Assembly: GCA_035649735.1 (NCBI GenBank)
Contig: DASRIZ010000454.1
Coordinates: 1,519-65,518 of the forward strand
DNA: 64,000 bases
DNA from: Blastocatellia bacterium
Lineage (GTDB): Bacteria > Acidobacteriota > Blastocatellia > UBA7656
Reading direction: 5' to 3'
Shown: positions 9,289 to 18,981 of the stretch, one piece after another
Position numbering within the stretch: position 1 is the first letter of the stretch
Layout: the number at the start of each line of letters is the position of its first letter
Translations under genes and position numbers: made by a program
The notes under the pieces: generated by a model
The model's input: the letters and a program-made list of their open reading frames with translations, nothing else
Told to the model about the DNA's origin: nothing
The model's database searches: none

Positions 9289-9822
9289 ATGACAGTTGAC
9301 GAACTAAAGCCAATCATCGAATCGTTGATCTACGTCTCCGAAGAACCGATAACCGTAAAACAGCTTGCGGCGATCCTCGACGGCGAATCGGTTGCGGATA
9401 TTCAAACTGCAGCGGATCAACTTGTCGAAGAGTTCAACGCGCGCGGCGGCGGGCTGGAGGTCCGGCAGCTCGCCGGCGGTTATCGAATAACGACCAGGCC
9501 GGAATTCAGCGAGTATGTGCGGCGCTATTTGAAGTCGCAACCGTCAGCTCGTTTGTCGCTTGCCGCGCTTGAAACGCTCGCGGTTATCGCCTACAAACAG
9601 CCGATAACGATTCCAGAGATTCTCGAGATTCGAGGCGTCACATCAACTTCTGCGATAAAGACGCTTCTGGACCGGCGGCTGATCGTCGCAAAGGGGCACA
9701 AACAGGTGGTAGGTCGCCCAATGTTGTACGGTACATCAAAGGACTTCCTGATCCATTTCGGACTCAACGATCTATCCGAACTCCCCAACCTCGAAGACTT
9801 TGAAGACTTAATGACAAGTTGA
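9289..9822 (+). CDS. scpB: Segregation and condensation protein B
   Basis: ESLIYVSEEPITVKQLAAIL winged-helix N-terminus typical of ScpB; follows scpA. Confidence 0.85.
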   Translation: MTVDELKPIIESLIYVSEEPITVKQLAAILDGESVADIQTAADQLVEEFNARGGGLEVRQLAGGYRITTRPEFSEYVRRYLKSQPSARLSLAALETLAVIAYKQPITIPEILEIRGVTSTSAIKTLLDRRLIVAKGHKQVVGRPMLYGTSKDFLIHFGLNDLSELPNLEDFEDLMTS

Positions 9823-9902
9823 GTAACGTAGACTCTAGTTGCGTCTGCCATCTCAACGGAAACAATCGACCGGACATACAGATAAGAGTCTTTGCTACTT
9901 CT

Positions 9903-10718
9903 ATGCTCGAACGACTCCAAAAGATAATCGCAAACGCCGGCATCGCCTCGAGACGCGCCGTCGAGGAGATGATTGTGCGAGGCGAAGTCACCGTAAACGG
10001 GGCCCGAGTCACGGAACTTGGCTCGAAAGCCGATCCCGAACGCGACCACATCAAGGTGCGCGGCAGACTTATCAGGTCGATTCGCGCACAGGAGAAACGT
10101 TACTATCTCATCAACAAACTTCGCGGTTATCTATCCTCGGCGTCAGATCCAAAGAATCGCCCGCTCGTAGCTCACCTGTTGCCGCCCTCGGCACGCCGAG
10201 GCCTTCATCCGGTTGGCCGTCTCGACTTCAACACCGAAGGATTGATTATCCTCACAAACGATGGCGAATTGACGAATCTACTAACCGCCGGCGGCAGGGT
10301 CGAAAAGGTTTATCACGTGAAAGTAAAGGGAGCGCCCGGCGACGCTCAGGTGGAGCGGTTACGTCGCGGTATAGCGATTGGCAGATCCCGTACTTCTCCC
10401 GCGGAGATCCGAATGATCGATAGAACACGGGAAGCCGGCAACACCTGGTTTGAGGTCACGCTCCGGGAAGGCAAGAACCAGCAGATACGACGGATGTTTG
10501 ATTCGATCGGGCATTCGGTTGTGAAGCTGCGCCGCGTCAGGATCGGGCATATCGCCGACGCTGGGCTTGCACCTGGTCAACATCGTGAACTCACAACCAG
10601 TGAGGTGAAACGATTCTTTCAGGCAACGGCCGCTAAGGTGCCTCGAAAACCAAAAGCAGCAAAGCCCCACCGTCCAAATATCAAGTCGTTTTCGCGAACC
10701 AAGAAAAAACGAGTCTGA
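9903..10718 (+). CDS. rluB: 23S rRNA pseudouridine synthase (RluB/RsuA family) with S4 domain and Lys-rich C-terminal tail
   Basis: S4 domain LQKIIANAGIASRRAVEEMIVRGEVTVNG; catalytic GRLD motif (VGRLDFNTEGLIILTNDGEL); scpA-scpB-rluB synteny. Confidence 0.8.
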   Translation: MLERLQKIIANAGIASRRAVEEMIVRGEVTVNGARVTELGSKADPERDHIKVRGRLIRSIRAQEKRYYLINKLRGYLSSASDPKNRPLVAHLLPPSARRGLHPVGRLDFNTEGLIILTNDGELTNLLTAGGRVEKVYHVKVKGAPGDAQVERLRRGIAIGRSRTSPAEIRMIDRTREAGNTWFEVTLREGKNQQIRRMFDSIGHSVVKLRRVRIGHIADAGLAPGQHRELTTSEVKRFFQATAAKVPRKPKAAKPHRPNIKSFSRTKKKRV

Positions 10719-10724
10719 TGAAGT

Positions 10725-11024
10725 CTAGTTGTGATTTGAAATGTGACGCTCCACGGTCAAGAGCAGCACATTGAGGTTCTCCTCGGTGATTTTCTGTTGC
10801 TCTGCCAAGCGGTTTATCGCTGCTTCGGTGGCGCGTCTTGCTTCTTCGGCCTCGATTTGTCGTTCGGCGAGGCTGGCTAGAATCTCGTTTGTGCGTTCCT
10901 GAGCATTCGCTACATCCACTAGGGTCCGCACCACATCCAGAATTGTCTCTTGCACCTTGGTAAGAGTCTCATTCGATCGGGCCTGCTGGTCGAGAATGAA
11001 CTGCATAGTTTTTTCGATATCCAT
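10725..11024 (-). CDS. Hypothetical small coiled-coil protein
   Basis: ORF only; charged helical composition; no recognisable motif. Confidence 0.3.
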   Translation of the reverse strand: MDIEKTMQFILDQQARSNETLTKVQETILDVVRTLVDVANAQERTNEILASLAERQIEAEEARRATEAAINRLAEQQKITEENLNVLLLTVERHISNHN

Positions 11025-11226
11025 GCGTCTCCTCTGACTTCGAGAGAAGTGATGGGAAGTAAACTCGCCCAGGCCGGATTGCTTCCGGTTGAAGGATTTT
11101 CCAGTTTAATGCCGGCTGTCAAGCATGATTTTTTCGTTTCGCGCGTGTAGAATGTTCAGTTCGCAGCAGCCCCTGGTCGCTGACAATCTGGTTTGAGTGT
11201 GTCTCGTGGTGGATCCCGGAGGTGCG

Positions 11227-12369
11227 ATGGATTTTGAGTTGAACGAAGACCAGCAACAGATTAAACGGACAATTCGCGAGTTTGCGGAGGCGGAACTAAA
11301 GCCTCACGTGCTTGAATGGGACGAAGCCGCGCACTTCCCGGTCGAGCTGCAGCCGAAATTCGCCGAACTCGGGATCATGGGAGTTCTCTTTCCTGAAGAG
11401 TATGGCGGGGCGGGAATGGGCTACATTGAATACGCGACCATAATCGAGGAACTAGCCCGAGTCGATCCTTCCATAGCCCTCGCCATTGCCGCGCACAACT
11501 CGCTTGGCGCCGGGCATATTTTTATCGCCGCAAGCGAAGCTCAGAAACAGAAGTATCTGGTGCCGTTAGCAAAAGGAGATCACTTTGCGGCGTGGGGGCT
11601 GACTGAGCCAAGCTCAGGCTCGGACGCCAGTTCAATGCGCACAACTGCGGTGCGACGCGGTGGGTCCTGGGTGCTGAACGGTTCGAAGAACTTCATCACA
11701 AACGCGACGTTTGCCGAAACCACGGTAGTCTTGGCCATCTCCGATCGAGCGGCGGGCTCACACGGCATATCGGCTTTTATAGTCGAGCGCGGAACGAGCG
11801 GCTTCTCAGTGGCTAAAAAAGAGAACAAAGTCGGAATGCGGGCAAGCGACACCGCAGCGCTGATCTTCGACGACTGCACGTTGCCCAACGCAAACCTGAT
11901 AGGCGAGCCCGGCCAGGGTTTTATCCAGGCGATGAAGGTTCTTGACGGGGGCCGAATATCAATCGCCGCTTTGGCGGTTGGAATCGCGCAAGGCGCCTTT
12001 GAAGCCGCGGTGAAGTACGCAAAGGAACGACATCAGTTTGGACGATCCATTGCCGAGTTTCAGGCCATACAGTTCAAGCTTGCCGATATGGCTATGCAGA
12101 TAGATGCAGCCAGACTGCTGACCTATCGAGCGGCGGCGATGAAGAACGCGGGGAAACCAACGACCAAGGAATCTTCGATGGCCAAGCTGTACGCAAGCGA
12201 GGTCGCAGTGCGCGTCTCTGAAGAGTCCGTTCAAATACACGGCGGATACGGATACATCAAAGACTATCCAGCCGAGAAATTCTGGCGCGACTCGAAACTG
12301 TGCACGATTGGCGAGGGGACGAGTGAGATCCAACGAACAGTTATCGCCCGCCAGATTTTGCGAGCGTAA
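11227..12369 (+). CDS. Acyl-CoA dehydrogenase (short/branched-chain type)
   Basis: ACAD N-terminal, middle ([16 protein letters not shown]) and C-terminal (IHGGYGY...[11 protein letters not shown]) signature blocks. Confidence 0.9.
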   Translation: MDFELNEDQQQIKRTIREFAEAELKPHVLEWDEAAHFPVELQPKFAELGIMGVLFPEEYGGAGMGYIEYATIIEELARVDPSIALAIAAHNSLGAGHIFIAASEAQKQKYLVPLAKGDHFAAWGLTEPSSGSDASSMRTTAVRRGGSWVLNGSKNFITNATFAETTVVLAISDRAAGSHGISAFIVERGTSGFSVAKKENKVGMRASDTAALIFDDCTLPNANLIGEPGQGFIQAMKVLDGGRISIAALAVGIAQGAFEAAVKYAKERHQFGRSIAEFQAIQFKLADMAMQIDAARLLTYRAAAMKNAGKPTTKESSMAKLYASEVAVRVSEESVQIHGGYGYIKDYPAEKFWRDSKLCTIGEGTSEIQRTVIARQILRA

Positions 12370-12450
12370 AGTAGCATAGACTCTAGTATGTGTATTAACC
12401 GTCTCGTCTGCGGGGCCACAGACTAAAGTCTATGCTACGTGTTTCATTCG

Positions 12451-13401
12451 ATGAGCTTACTGTCAGAAAAGATTCTTTCCGGCGACAAGCGCTCAATCGG
12501 GCGCGCGATCAGCGCGGTTGAAGACGGGCGCTCGGACGGGACTGAACTACTGAAGGATATTTTTCCGCACACCGGCAAAGCGCTGGTAATTGGTATTACC
12601 GGGGCGCCGGGCGCTGGAAAGAGCACACTGGTCGATCGCCTCGCGGCTCACTATCGAGGCGCGGGCGAACGGGTGGGGATCATTGCGGTCGATCCGTCCA
12701 GCCCGTTTACAGGCGGAGCGCTGCTTGGCGATCGAATACGAATGCAGAACATGGCAACGGACCCGGGAATCTTCATACGCAGTATGGCCTCTCGGGGACA
12801 CCTCGGTGGCTTGGCGCGCGCCACAGTTGACGCGGTAGCGATACTGGATGCCGCCGGTTATAATAAGGTGATCATTGAAACAGTAGGCGTCGGGCAGGAT
12901 GAAGTTGATGTGGTGAAGGCCGCGGATGTAACCGTCGTCGTGCTTGTACCGGGAATGGGAGACGGGGTGCAGGCGATGAAGGCGGGGATCATGGAAATCG
13001 GCGATATCTTCGCCATAAACAAGGCCGACCGAGATGGCGTCTTGAGGACCGAGCGAGAGCTTGAAATGTTGCTCTCGATTTCGGAACGGCCCGATGGCTG
13101 GACGCCGCTAATAGTAAAAACCGTGGCAACCGAGGATAGCGGAACGCCTGCCCTTACCGCAGCGATCGCACAATACCAGGGATTTCTTGACGCGGATAGA
13201 AGTCGCTCAACCGATAGGCGAGCGACTACCGCGGAACATAGAATAGTAGAGTTGCTTCGGGACAGGTTGCTAAAGGCTGCGCTCAGTAGGGTTGTAAACG
13301 AGACCGATTTAGGCGAGATGGCTCGAGCGGTAGCCGATCGCCGTCGTGACCCGTATTCGGTTGTTGATGAAATAATCGCAAAGATGGGGATTAGTGAATA
13401 G
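12451..13401 (+). CDS. meaB: Methylmalonyl-CoA mutase-associated GTPase MeaB/ArgK
   Basis: P-loop GITGAPGAGKSTLVD; G-domain NKAD motif; typical MeaB length. Confidence 0.85.
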   Translation: MSLLSEKILSGDKRSIGRAISAVEDGRSDGTELLKDIFPHTGKALVIGITGAPGAGKSTLVDRLAAHYRGAGERVGIIAVDPSSPFTGGALLGDRIRMQNMATDPGIFIRSMASRGHLGGLARATVDAVAILDAAGYNKVIIETVGVGQDEVDVVKAADVTVVVLVPGMGDGVQAMKAGIMEIGDIFAINKADRDGVLRTERELEMLLSISERPDGWTPLIVKTVATEDSGTPALTAAIAQYQGFLDADRSRSTDRRATTAEHRIVELLRDRLLKAALSRVVNETDLGEMARAVADRRRDPYSVVDEIIAKMGISE

Positions 13402-13462
13402 TCATTGGTCATTTGTCATTGGTCAATTGCCAATGACTAATGACCAATGACCAATGACCAAT
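13401..13462. repeat. Palindromic hairpin built from CATTGGT/ACCAATG heptamers centred on CAATTG, between meaB and the epimerase gene
   Basis: gtcattggtcatttgtcattggtcaattgccaatgactaatgaccaatgaccaatgaccaat. Confidence 0.65.
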
Positions 13463-13876
13463 ATGAAGATCGACCATTTGGGTATTGCGGTTCGTTCGAT
13501 CTCAGACTCGCTGTCCTTCTATCGCGAGACGCTCGGGCTGGATTTGGCCGGGAGCGAAACCGTGGAGGATCAGGGGGTCACCGTCGCGCTGTTGCCCGTC
13601 GGCGAATCTCGGATCGAGCTTCTGGAGCCGCTTTCAGAGGAGACGCCAGTCGGCCGATTTATTGCGCGCCGCGGCGAGGGTCTTCACCATATTTGTTATG
13701 AGGTCGACGACCTCGCTTCTAAGATTGACGACCTCAGGTCCCGCGGCATACGTCTGCTGGATGGTTATCCGCGGCGCGGCGCTGAGGGAAAACTTGTTGC
13801 CTTTCTTCATCCGGCGAGCGCCAACGGCGTTCTCGTCGAGCTAGTCGAGAAGGCGAGAATACACGAGGAGAATTAA
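13463..13876 (+). CDS. mce: Methylmalonyl-CoA epimerase (VOC/glyoxalase family)
   Basis: MKIDHLGIAVRSI... N-terminus and HHIC/ E-x-VE metal ligand pattern typical of MCE; adjacent to meaB. Confidence 0.8.
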   Translation: MKIDHLGIAVRSISDSLSFYRETLGLDLAGSETVEDQGVTVALLPVGESRIELLEPLSEETPVGRFIARRGEGLHHICYEVDDLASKIDDLRSRGIRLLDGYPRRGAEGKLVAFLHPASANGVLVELVEKARIHEEN

Positions 13877-15162
13877 TGAAATTATCAATAAAGGTCATCG
13901 CGATGATGCTGCTGTTAGGCATGCTGGCTTCCGGGCTGTTGTTTGTTCAGTGCTCATCTTCGAGCCCGAAGACAGTCAAACTCACTGCGCAGGATATGCA
14001 ACTGATTTTTCAAGAACTGGTGCCGCCTCAGCAGCAGCAACAGATCGCGTCGGACCCAGAAGAAAAAAAGAAGCTGGTTGCCGATATCAAGAAGCTGCTG
14101 GCGGTTGCTCAGGTCGCGGAGCAGGAGGGTTATGCCGAGCATGCCGAGCTGAAAACCCAACTCTCTTTCCAGCTTGACCGAGCGTTGAACGATGCTTACA
14201 GAAAGAAGAATCCCGATGCGAAGGTTGGCGACGAAGAGATAAACGCCTATTACGCGACTAACCCGAAGGACTTCGATGACTTCCTTCAAAGCAACCCCCG
14301 CGCAGCCCAGCAAGCTCAGGGACCGCAACGCGAAGAACTCAAGAAGCAACTCGGCGAGTTCAAGGTAATCGCCCAGCGTGCCCGGAAAGACGGGCTCGAT
14401 CGCGATGATCTAACCAGACTGCAGATACTTCTTACTCGAAGCCAGGCGCTTGCCGGCGCATATCTGGGTGATCTTCAGAAAAATGCGGATAAGCTGGTCG
14501 CCGACGCAGATGTCGAACAGTATTACAAAGACCATCCCGCCGACTTCGACGAGATTCGCGTCCGTCACATCCTGATCAGCACCCAGCCCAAACCGGATAG
14601 CGAGGAAGAAAGCGACCCGAAGGATGCCAAAGACGGCAAAGCGAAGGATGCCAAAGACGCCAAAGCCAAGAAGCCTGCAGACAAGCCAAAAACGCTGACA
14701 AAGGACGAAGCTCTCAAAAAGAGCCAGGAACTGCTTGAGAGGGCTCGGAAAGGCGAAGACTTCGCAAAGCTCGCAACGGAGAATTCGGACGACCAGGGTT
14801 CAAAAGACAAGGGCGGCGAGTACGATTTCTTTGCTCACGGCAAAATGGTCCCGGAATTTGAGAAGGCCGCCTTCGCGCTCCAACCGGGGCAGATCAGCGA
14901 ACCGGTCGAGACCCAGTTTGGATACCACATCATCAAGCTCGAAGAGCGGCGTGCGGCAGCCGCTCCAACCGCGGATGAAAAGGTGCGGCAGCAGATCGTC
15001 GAGAAGCTAAAGCAGGAGAAAATAGAGGCGCGAATTGAGGAGATCACCGCTTCGAGCGATGTCGTGGTCCCGGAGGACTTCGACACGACCCCCAAGGTTG
15101 GGCAGCCTCAAACCTCCAGTGCGATGCCGGCAAATCGAGCCGGCACAGCCCAGGACTCCTAA
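13876..15162 (+). CDS. Lipoprotein parvulin-type peptidyl-prolyl isomerase (SurA/PpiD-like) with K/D-rich linker
   Basis: Lipobox LLFVQC; C-terminal PpiC domain (FGYHIIKLEE); repetitive KDAKD linker; 1-nt overlap with mce stop. Confidence 0.7.
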   Translation: MKLSIKVIAMMLLLGMLASGLLFVQCSSSSPKTVKLTAQDMQLIFQELVPPQQQQQIASDPEEKKKLVADIKKLLAVAQVAEQEGYAEHAELKTQLSFQLDRALNDAYRKKNPDAKVGDEEINAYYATNPKDFDDFLQSNPRAAQQAQGPQREELKKQLGEFKVIAQRARKDGLDRDDLTRLQILLTRSQALAGAYLGDLQKNADKLVADADVEQYYKDHPADFDEIRVRHILISTQPKPDSEEESDPKDAKDGKAKDAKDAKAKKPADKPKTLTKDEALKKSQELLERARKGEDFAKLATENSDDQGSKDKGGEYDFFAHGKMVPEFEKAAFALQPGQISEPVETQFGYHIIKLEERRAAAAPTADEKVRQQIVEKLKQEKIEARIEEITASSDVVVPEDFDTTPKVGQPQTSSAMPANRAGTAQDS

Positions 15163-15273
15163 CTTCAGATCAAGCAGAAGCGCGCAGTCCGATGAACTTC
15201 AATCTGTCGCTCGGCGATTGTCGAATCGGACTCGCGCCAAATGGGGTGTGTAGAACTTCTCGCGAGGAGACGA

Positions 15274-16146
15274 ATGCCAAAGGCAAAGATAGGAGTAATC
15301 GGCGGAAGCGGGCTCTACCAGATGGCTGGGCTCACCGAGATTGAGGAAGTCATTTTGTCGACGCCTTTCGGCGATCCGTCTGATGCCTTCATCATCGGGA
15401 CGCTGGCCGGTGAGCGGGTCGCCTTCCTCCCTCGTCATGGCCGCGGCCACACGCTCCTGCCGACTGAGATACCGTTCCGCGCGAACATCTACGCAATGAA
15501 GATGCTGGGCATTGAGCGAATCATCTCGGCCAGCGCAGTTGGTTCCCTTCGCGAAGAACTAAAACCGACTGACATAGTCTTTCCCGATCAGTTTTTTGAC
15601 CGCACTCGACATCGGGCCTCCACTTTCTTCGGCGGAGGCATCGCGGCGCACGTTACACTCGCCGATCCCGTGTGCAGCGACCTGGTAGGAACCCTGGAAC
15701 AGGCTGCCACAGCCTCGTTAACGCAAATCGATGTTCATCGCGGCGGCACCTATCTCTGCATGGAAGGCCCGGCGTTTTCCACAAAAGCCGAGTCCGAGGT
15801 TTATCGGTCGATGGGGATGTCGGTAATCGGCATGACCAATCTTCAGGAAGCGAAGCTCGCGAGGGAAGCAGAAATCTGCTATGCGACGATGGCGCTGGTA
15901 ACCGACTACGATTGTTGGCATCCGGGGCACGACTCGGTAACGGTCGAAATGATCATCGAGTACCTGAATCGCAATGCGGAGAACGCGCAGAAGTTGATCG
16001 CCGCGGCGGTTGCTCAGCTTGCGGATAAGCAACGCACCTGCAAATGTGGAGACTCGCTTCGACATGCTATTATTACGTCGCCCGAAAAAATCACGCCCGA
16101 AGCAAAAGTGCGCCTCAAGGCGATTATCGGGAAGTATGTTGATTGA
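15274..16146 (+). CDS. mtnP: S-methyl-5'-thioadenosine phosphorylase
   Basis: PKAKIGVIGGSGLY N-terminus; PNP/MTAP family blocks; C-terminal Cys cluster CKCGDSLRHAI typical of MTAP; AGGAGA RBS. Confidence 0.85.
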   Translation: MPKAKIGVIGGSGLYQMAGLTEIEEVILSTPFGDPSDAFIIGTLAGERVAFLPRHGRGHTLLPTEIPFRANIYAMKMLGIERIISASAVGSLREELKPTDIVFPDQFFDRTRHRASTFFGGGIAAHVTLADPVCSDLVGTLEQAATASLTQIDVHRGGTYLCMEGPAFSTKAESEVYRSMGMSVIGMTNLQEAKLAREAEICYATMALVTDYDCWHPGHDSVTVEMIIEYLNRNAENAQKLIAAAVAQLADKQRTCKCGDSLRHAIITSPEKITPEAKVRLKAIIGKYVD

Positions 16147-16163
16147 AATGAGAGGTGTTAACG

Positions 16164-16577
16164 ATGTCCGGCATGAAGTTCTTTGCCACAGCCCTGTTAA
16201 TGGCGATGCTATTGGCGATCGTGACATTAGCCCCTTCCCGAAGCCTTGCGCAGGGACCGGGCAAACCCATCGAGATGCCGCGGGACGCGGCGATGGAGAT
16301 CGCCGCAAAACATAATCTCGAAGTCGCGCGATGGAACCTGTCAAAGCGAAAGGCCTACGAAGGCGCTCGCGACCGGCTTCAAGAGATCATCGACACCTAT
16401 CCGGATTTCTCCAGGATGGACGAGGTTGTCTTTTTGATGGGCGAGGTCTCTTTGAAGCTTAATAAGAACGAAAAGGCTGCTGACTATTACAACAAGTTGC
16501 TAAAGGATTACGCCGACAGCGAGTTCGCGAAGAAAGCTCGCGCGCGGCTGGATGAACTTAAGGTTGAAAAAAGGTGA
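16164..16577 (+). CDS. Small TPR-repeat lipoprotein (YbgF/BamD-like)
   Basis: Signal peptide; TPR-like helical repeats (ADYYNKLLKDYADSEFAKKA). Confidence 0.5.
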   Translation: MSGMKFFATALLMAMLLAIVTLAPSRSLAQGPGKPIEMPRDAAMEIAAKHNLEVARWNLSKRKAYEGARDRLQEIIDTYPDFSRMDEVVFLMGEVSLKLNKNEKAADYYNKLLKDYADSEFAKKARARLDELKVEKR

Positions 16578-16585
16578 ACCGATAA

Positions 16586-17506
16586 ATGTCAATTCTTGTA
16601 GTGGGCTCCGTAGCGTTTGACGCCGTCAAAACGCCCTTCGGAGAAAGAGACCGGATACTGGGCGGTTCGGCGACGTATTTCAGCGTCGCCGCTTCTTTTT
16701 TTACGGACGTGCGGCTCGTTGCAGTGGTCGGCGATGATTTCGGCCCTGACGACGAAGCCGTGTTCCGGGAGCGCAGGGTCGACACGTCGGACCTCGAGCG
16801 AGTGCCGGGGCGCAGTTTTCATTGGAGCGGCGAGTACGGCTACGATCTGAACGTTGCGCACACTCGCGACACACAACTGAACGTTTTTGCGGACTTCAAA
16901 CCTAAACTCTCCGAAGGCGCCAAAGAAACGCCCTACTTGTTCCTCGGCAACATCCAGCCGCAGCTTCAAGTCGAGGTGCGACAACAAGTCGGAGCGAAGC
17001 TGGTCGCGGCCGATACGATGAACTACTGGATCAATAACACCCCGGACGATCTGCGCGAGATGCTCGGGCATATTGATATGTTGATCATAAACGACGCCGA
17101 GGCGAGAGAGATTGCCAAGCAAGCCAATCTGGTTCGCGCCGCTCGCAGCATACTATCAATGGGTCCAAAACGGCTGGTTGTCAAAAGAGGCGAGTACGGC
17201 GCCGCGATGTTCACACAAGATTCGTACTTTGCGACGCCGGCATATCCGCTCGAAGAGGTGTTTGATCCGACTGGCGCCGGCGACAGCTTCGCAGGCGGGT
17301 TTATGGGATACCTTGCGGGCACCAGCGCTATCGATGAAGCCGCTTTCCGGCGCGCCATCATCTATGGTTCGGTTATGGCATCATTCAATGTTGAGGAGTT
17401 TGGCTGCGAGCGCATGCGACGGCTGACACACGAGGAGATCAACGCTCGCTTTCGGGAACTGCGTGCGTTTTCACTCTTCGAAGAAGCTGAGATGCCGCCC
17501 TTTTGA
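16586..17506 (+). CDS. PfkB-family carbohydrate/nucleoside kinase
   Basis: N-terminal GG motif region and C-terminal DPTGAGDSFAGGF anion-hole motif of ribokinase superfamily. Confidence 0.8.
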   Translation: MSILVVGSVAFDAVKTPFGERDRILGGSATYFSVAASFFTDVRLVAVVGDDFGPDDEAVFRERRVDTSDLERVPGRSFHWSGEYGYDLNVAHTRDTQLNVFADFKPKLSEGAKETPYLFLGNIQPQLQVEVRQQVGAKLVAADTMNYWINNTPDDLREMLGHIDMLIINDAEAREIAKQANLVRAARSILSMGPKRLVVKRGEYGAAMFTQDSYFATPAYPLEEVFDPTGAGDSFAGGFMGYLAGTSAIDEAAFRRAIIYGSVMASFNVEEFGCERMRRLTHEEINARFRELRAFSLFEEAEMPPF

Positions 17507-17568
17507 TTGCGGATTTGCGGATTGCGGAAGTTGAAAACATCAATCCGCAATCCGAATTCCGCAATCCG
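17505..17568. terminator. Imperfect long hairpin of GATTGCG heptamers in convergent gap (candidate bidirectional terminator)
   Basis: gattgcggatttgcggattgcgga-agttgaaaacatc-aatccgcaatccgaattccgcaatccg; lies between stops at 17506 (+) and 17577 (-). Confidence 0.5.
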
Positions 17569-17576
17569 TAATGCTT

Positions 17577-17969
17577 TCACTGCGAGTAGCAAACAGTGCA
17601 GCGTTTAAGACCTTTTTGGCCTGCTGCTTCTTCGCTAAGAGCCGTGCGCTCGCATCGCGCAGGAAGGTGCGTCGAAGAGTGATAGTAGTCTTTGTCCTCG
17701 GCGCATGAGTAGACTAGCCTGGCCGTTGTAACGATGGCTTTGAGCTCGGGTGAGCTGGTTTCGGGGACGGCAGCCGCTGCGCTCTTTGAGGCGGAGACTG
17801 TTTCATAAGACCCATTTCGCCACCGATCAAATGAGTCGCTTTTGAGAAAGCTGACGACCAACCATCCCACGCAGAGCAAGACTGTAAAGGCGGTAAGAGA
17901 TACTAGTTTGTTTATAAAGAACAGCGGGTGGGCACTGCGTAACGGGCTTCGAGCTTGGAAGCTTGCCAC
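17577..17969 (-). CDS. Hypothetical membrane-anchored protein
   Basis: ORF with one TM segment; no motif recognised. Confidence 0.3.
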   Translation of the reverse strand: MASFQARSPLRSAHPLFFINKLVSLTAFTVLLCVGWLVVSFLKSDSFDRWRNGSYETVSASKSAAAAVPETSSPELKAIVTTARLVYSCAEDKDYYHSSTHLPARCERTALSEEAAGQKGLKRCTVCYSQ

Positions 17970-18060
17970 AGTTTACGCTCCTTTCAACTATCAACCGCTA
18001 GACTGCCTGGGGAAGTCGCAAAATACCATCCCCACAAAGGCCAGTCAAGCAGGAGAATAG

Positions 18061-18114
18061 GTCCTATTTGTCCAATAGGTTCTATTTGTCCAATAGATCC
18101 TATTTCCCGCAGGA
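18061..18114. repeat. Three tandem 18-bp direct repeats (GTCCTATTTGTCCAATAG; third copy degenerate) in divergent promoter region upstream of dapF
   Basis: gtcctatttgtccaatag / gttctatttgtccaatag / atcctatttcccgcagga read directly. Confidence 0.6.
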
Positions 18115-18123
18115 GATACCACA

Positions 18124-18978
18124 TTGAGCGATCTCAAATTCACAAAGATCCAGGGGATGGGCAACGACTTTTTGATAATCGAAGTGGATGACGTCGGCGC
18201 CCTCCCACCCGAAAGCGAGCTTGCGCGACAGATGTGCCGGCGTAACCACGGCGCCGGCGCCGACGGAATCGTATTCTTCACTCGCGCCGGAGACTGGGAC
18301 GGGGACTTCTCTTCCCGCATCTTCAACGCCGATGGTAGCGAGGCCGGAGTGTCCGGCAACGGCACTCGTTGTCTCGCAGCCTATCTCTATTACGAGGGAT
18401 TGTGGAGCGAGCCCGAGATTCGAATCGCCACCGCCGCCGGCGTGAAGCAGGGAAAATTCGTTGCACGAGACCGCACGCGCTTCGAGTTCGAGTTTGATAT
18501 GGGCAAACCAAATCTCTCCAGCGAGGCGGTGCCGATGTCCATTTCTCCTCCGATAAGTCCCGTAGTGCGATACCCTCTACATCTGGGCGGAGACCTTCTC
18601 GAAATCACCTGCTTGTCGATGGGCAATCCTCAGTGCGTCATTTTCGTGGCTGATTTGGGTGCAGTGAATCTGGAAGAGATTGGGCCGCTCATCGAAGATC
18701 ATCCAATCTTCCCCGATCGCGCAAACGTCGAGTTTGCGCGGGCGATCTCGCGTGACGAAATTGAGATTCGTATCTGGGAGCGTGGCGCCGGGCACACACT
18801 CTCATCCGGAACGGGCTCGTGCGCATCGGCGGTGGCTGCCGCATTGAACGAACTTACGAATCGTCGTGTTCGAGTTCAAACCGAAGGCGGCGTGCTTAAT
18901 GTGCACTGGCGAGATGATGATCGAGTGATGCTCGCCGCATCGGCAGAAGTCGTTTATGAAGGCAGGTGGCTGATCTAA
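18124..18978 (+). CDS. dapF: Diaminopimelate epimerase
   Basis: FTKIQGMGNDFLIIE N-terminal signature and second-half Cys motif region; TTG start with AGGAGA 8 nt upstream. Confidence 0.85.
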   Translation: MSDLKFTKIQGMGNDFLIIEVDDVGALPPESELARQMCRRNHGAGADGIVFFTRAGDWDGDFSSRIFNADGSEAGVSGNGTRCLAAYLYYEGLWSEPEIRIATAAGVKQGKFVARDRTRFEFEFDMGKPNLSSEAVPMSISPPISPVVRYPLHLGGDLLEITCLSMGNPQCVIFVADLGAVNLEEIGPLIEDHPIFPDRANVEFARAISRDEIEIRIWERGAGHTLSSGTGSCASAVAAALNELTNRRVRVQTEGGVLNVHWRDDDRVMLAASAEVVYEGRWLI

Positions 18979-18981
18979 ATC

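Noticed and set aside
9839-10423. 194-aa ORF in an alternative frame overlapping rluB
   Set aside because: The in-frame rluB product has clear S4 and GRLD motifs. The overlapping ORF is Arg-rich frame-shift noise typical of high-GC DNA.
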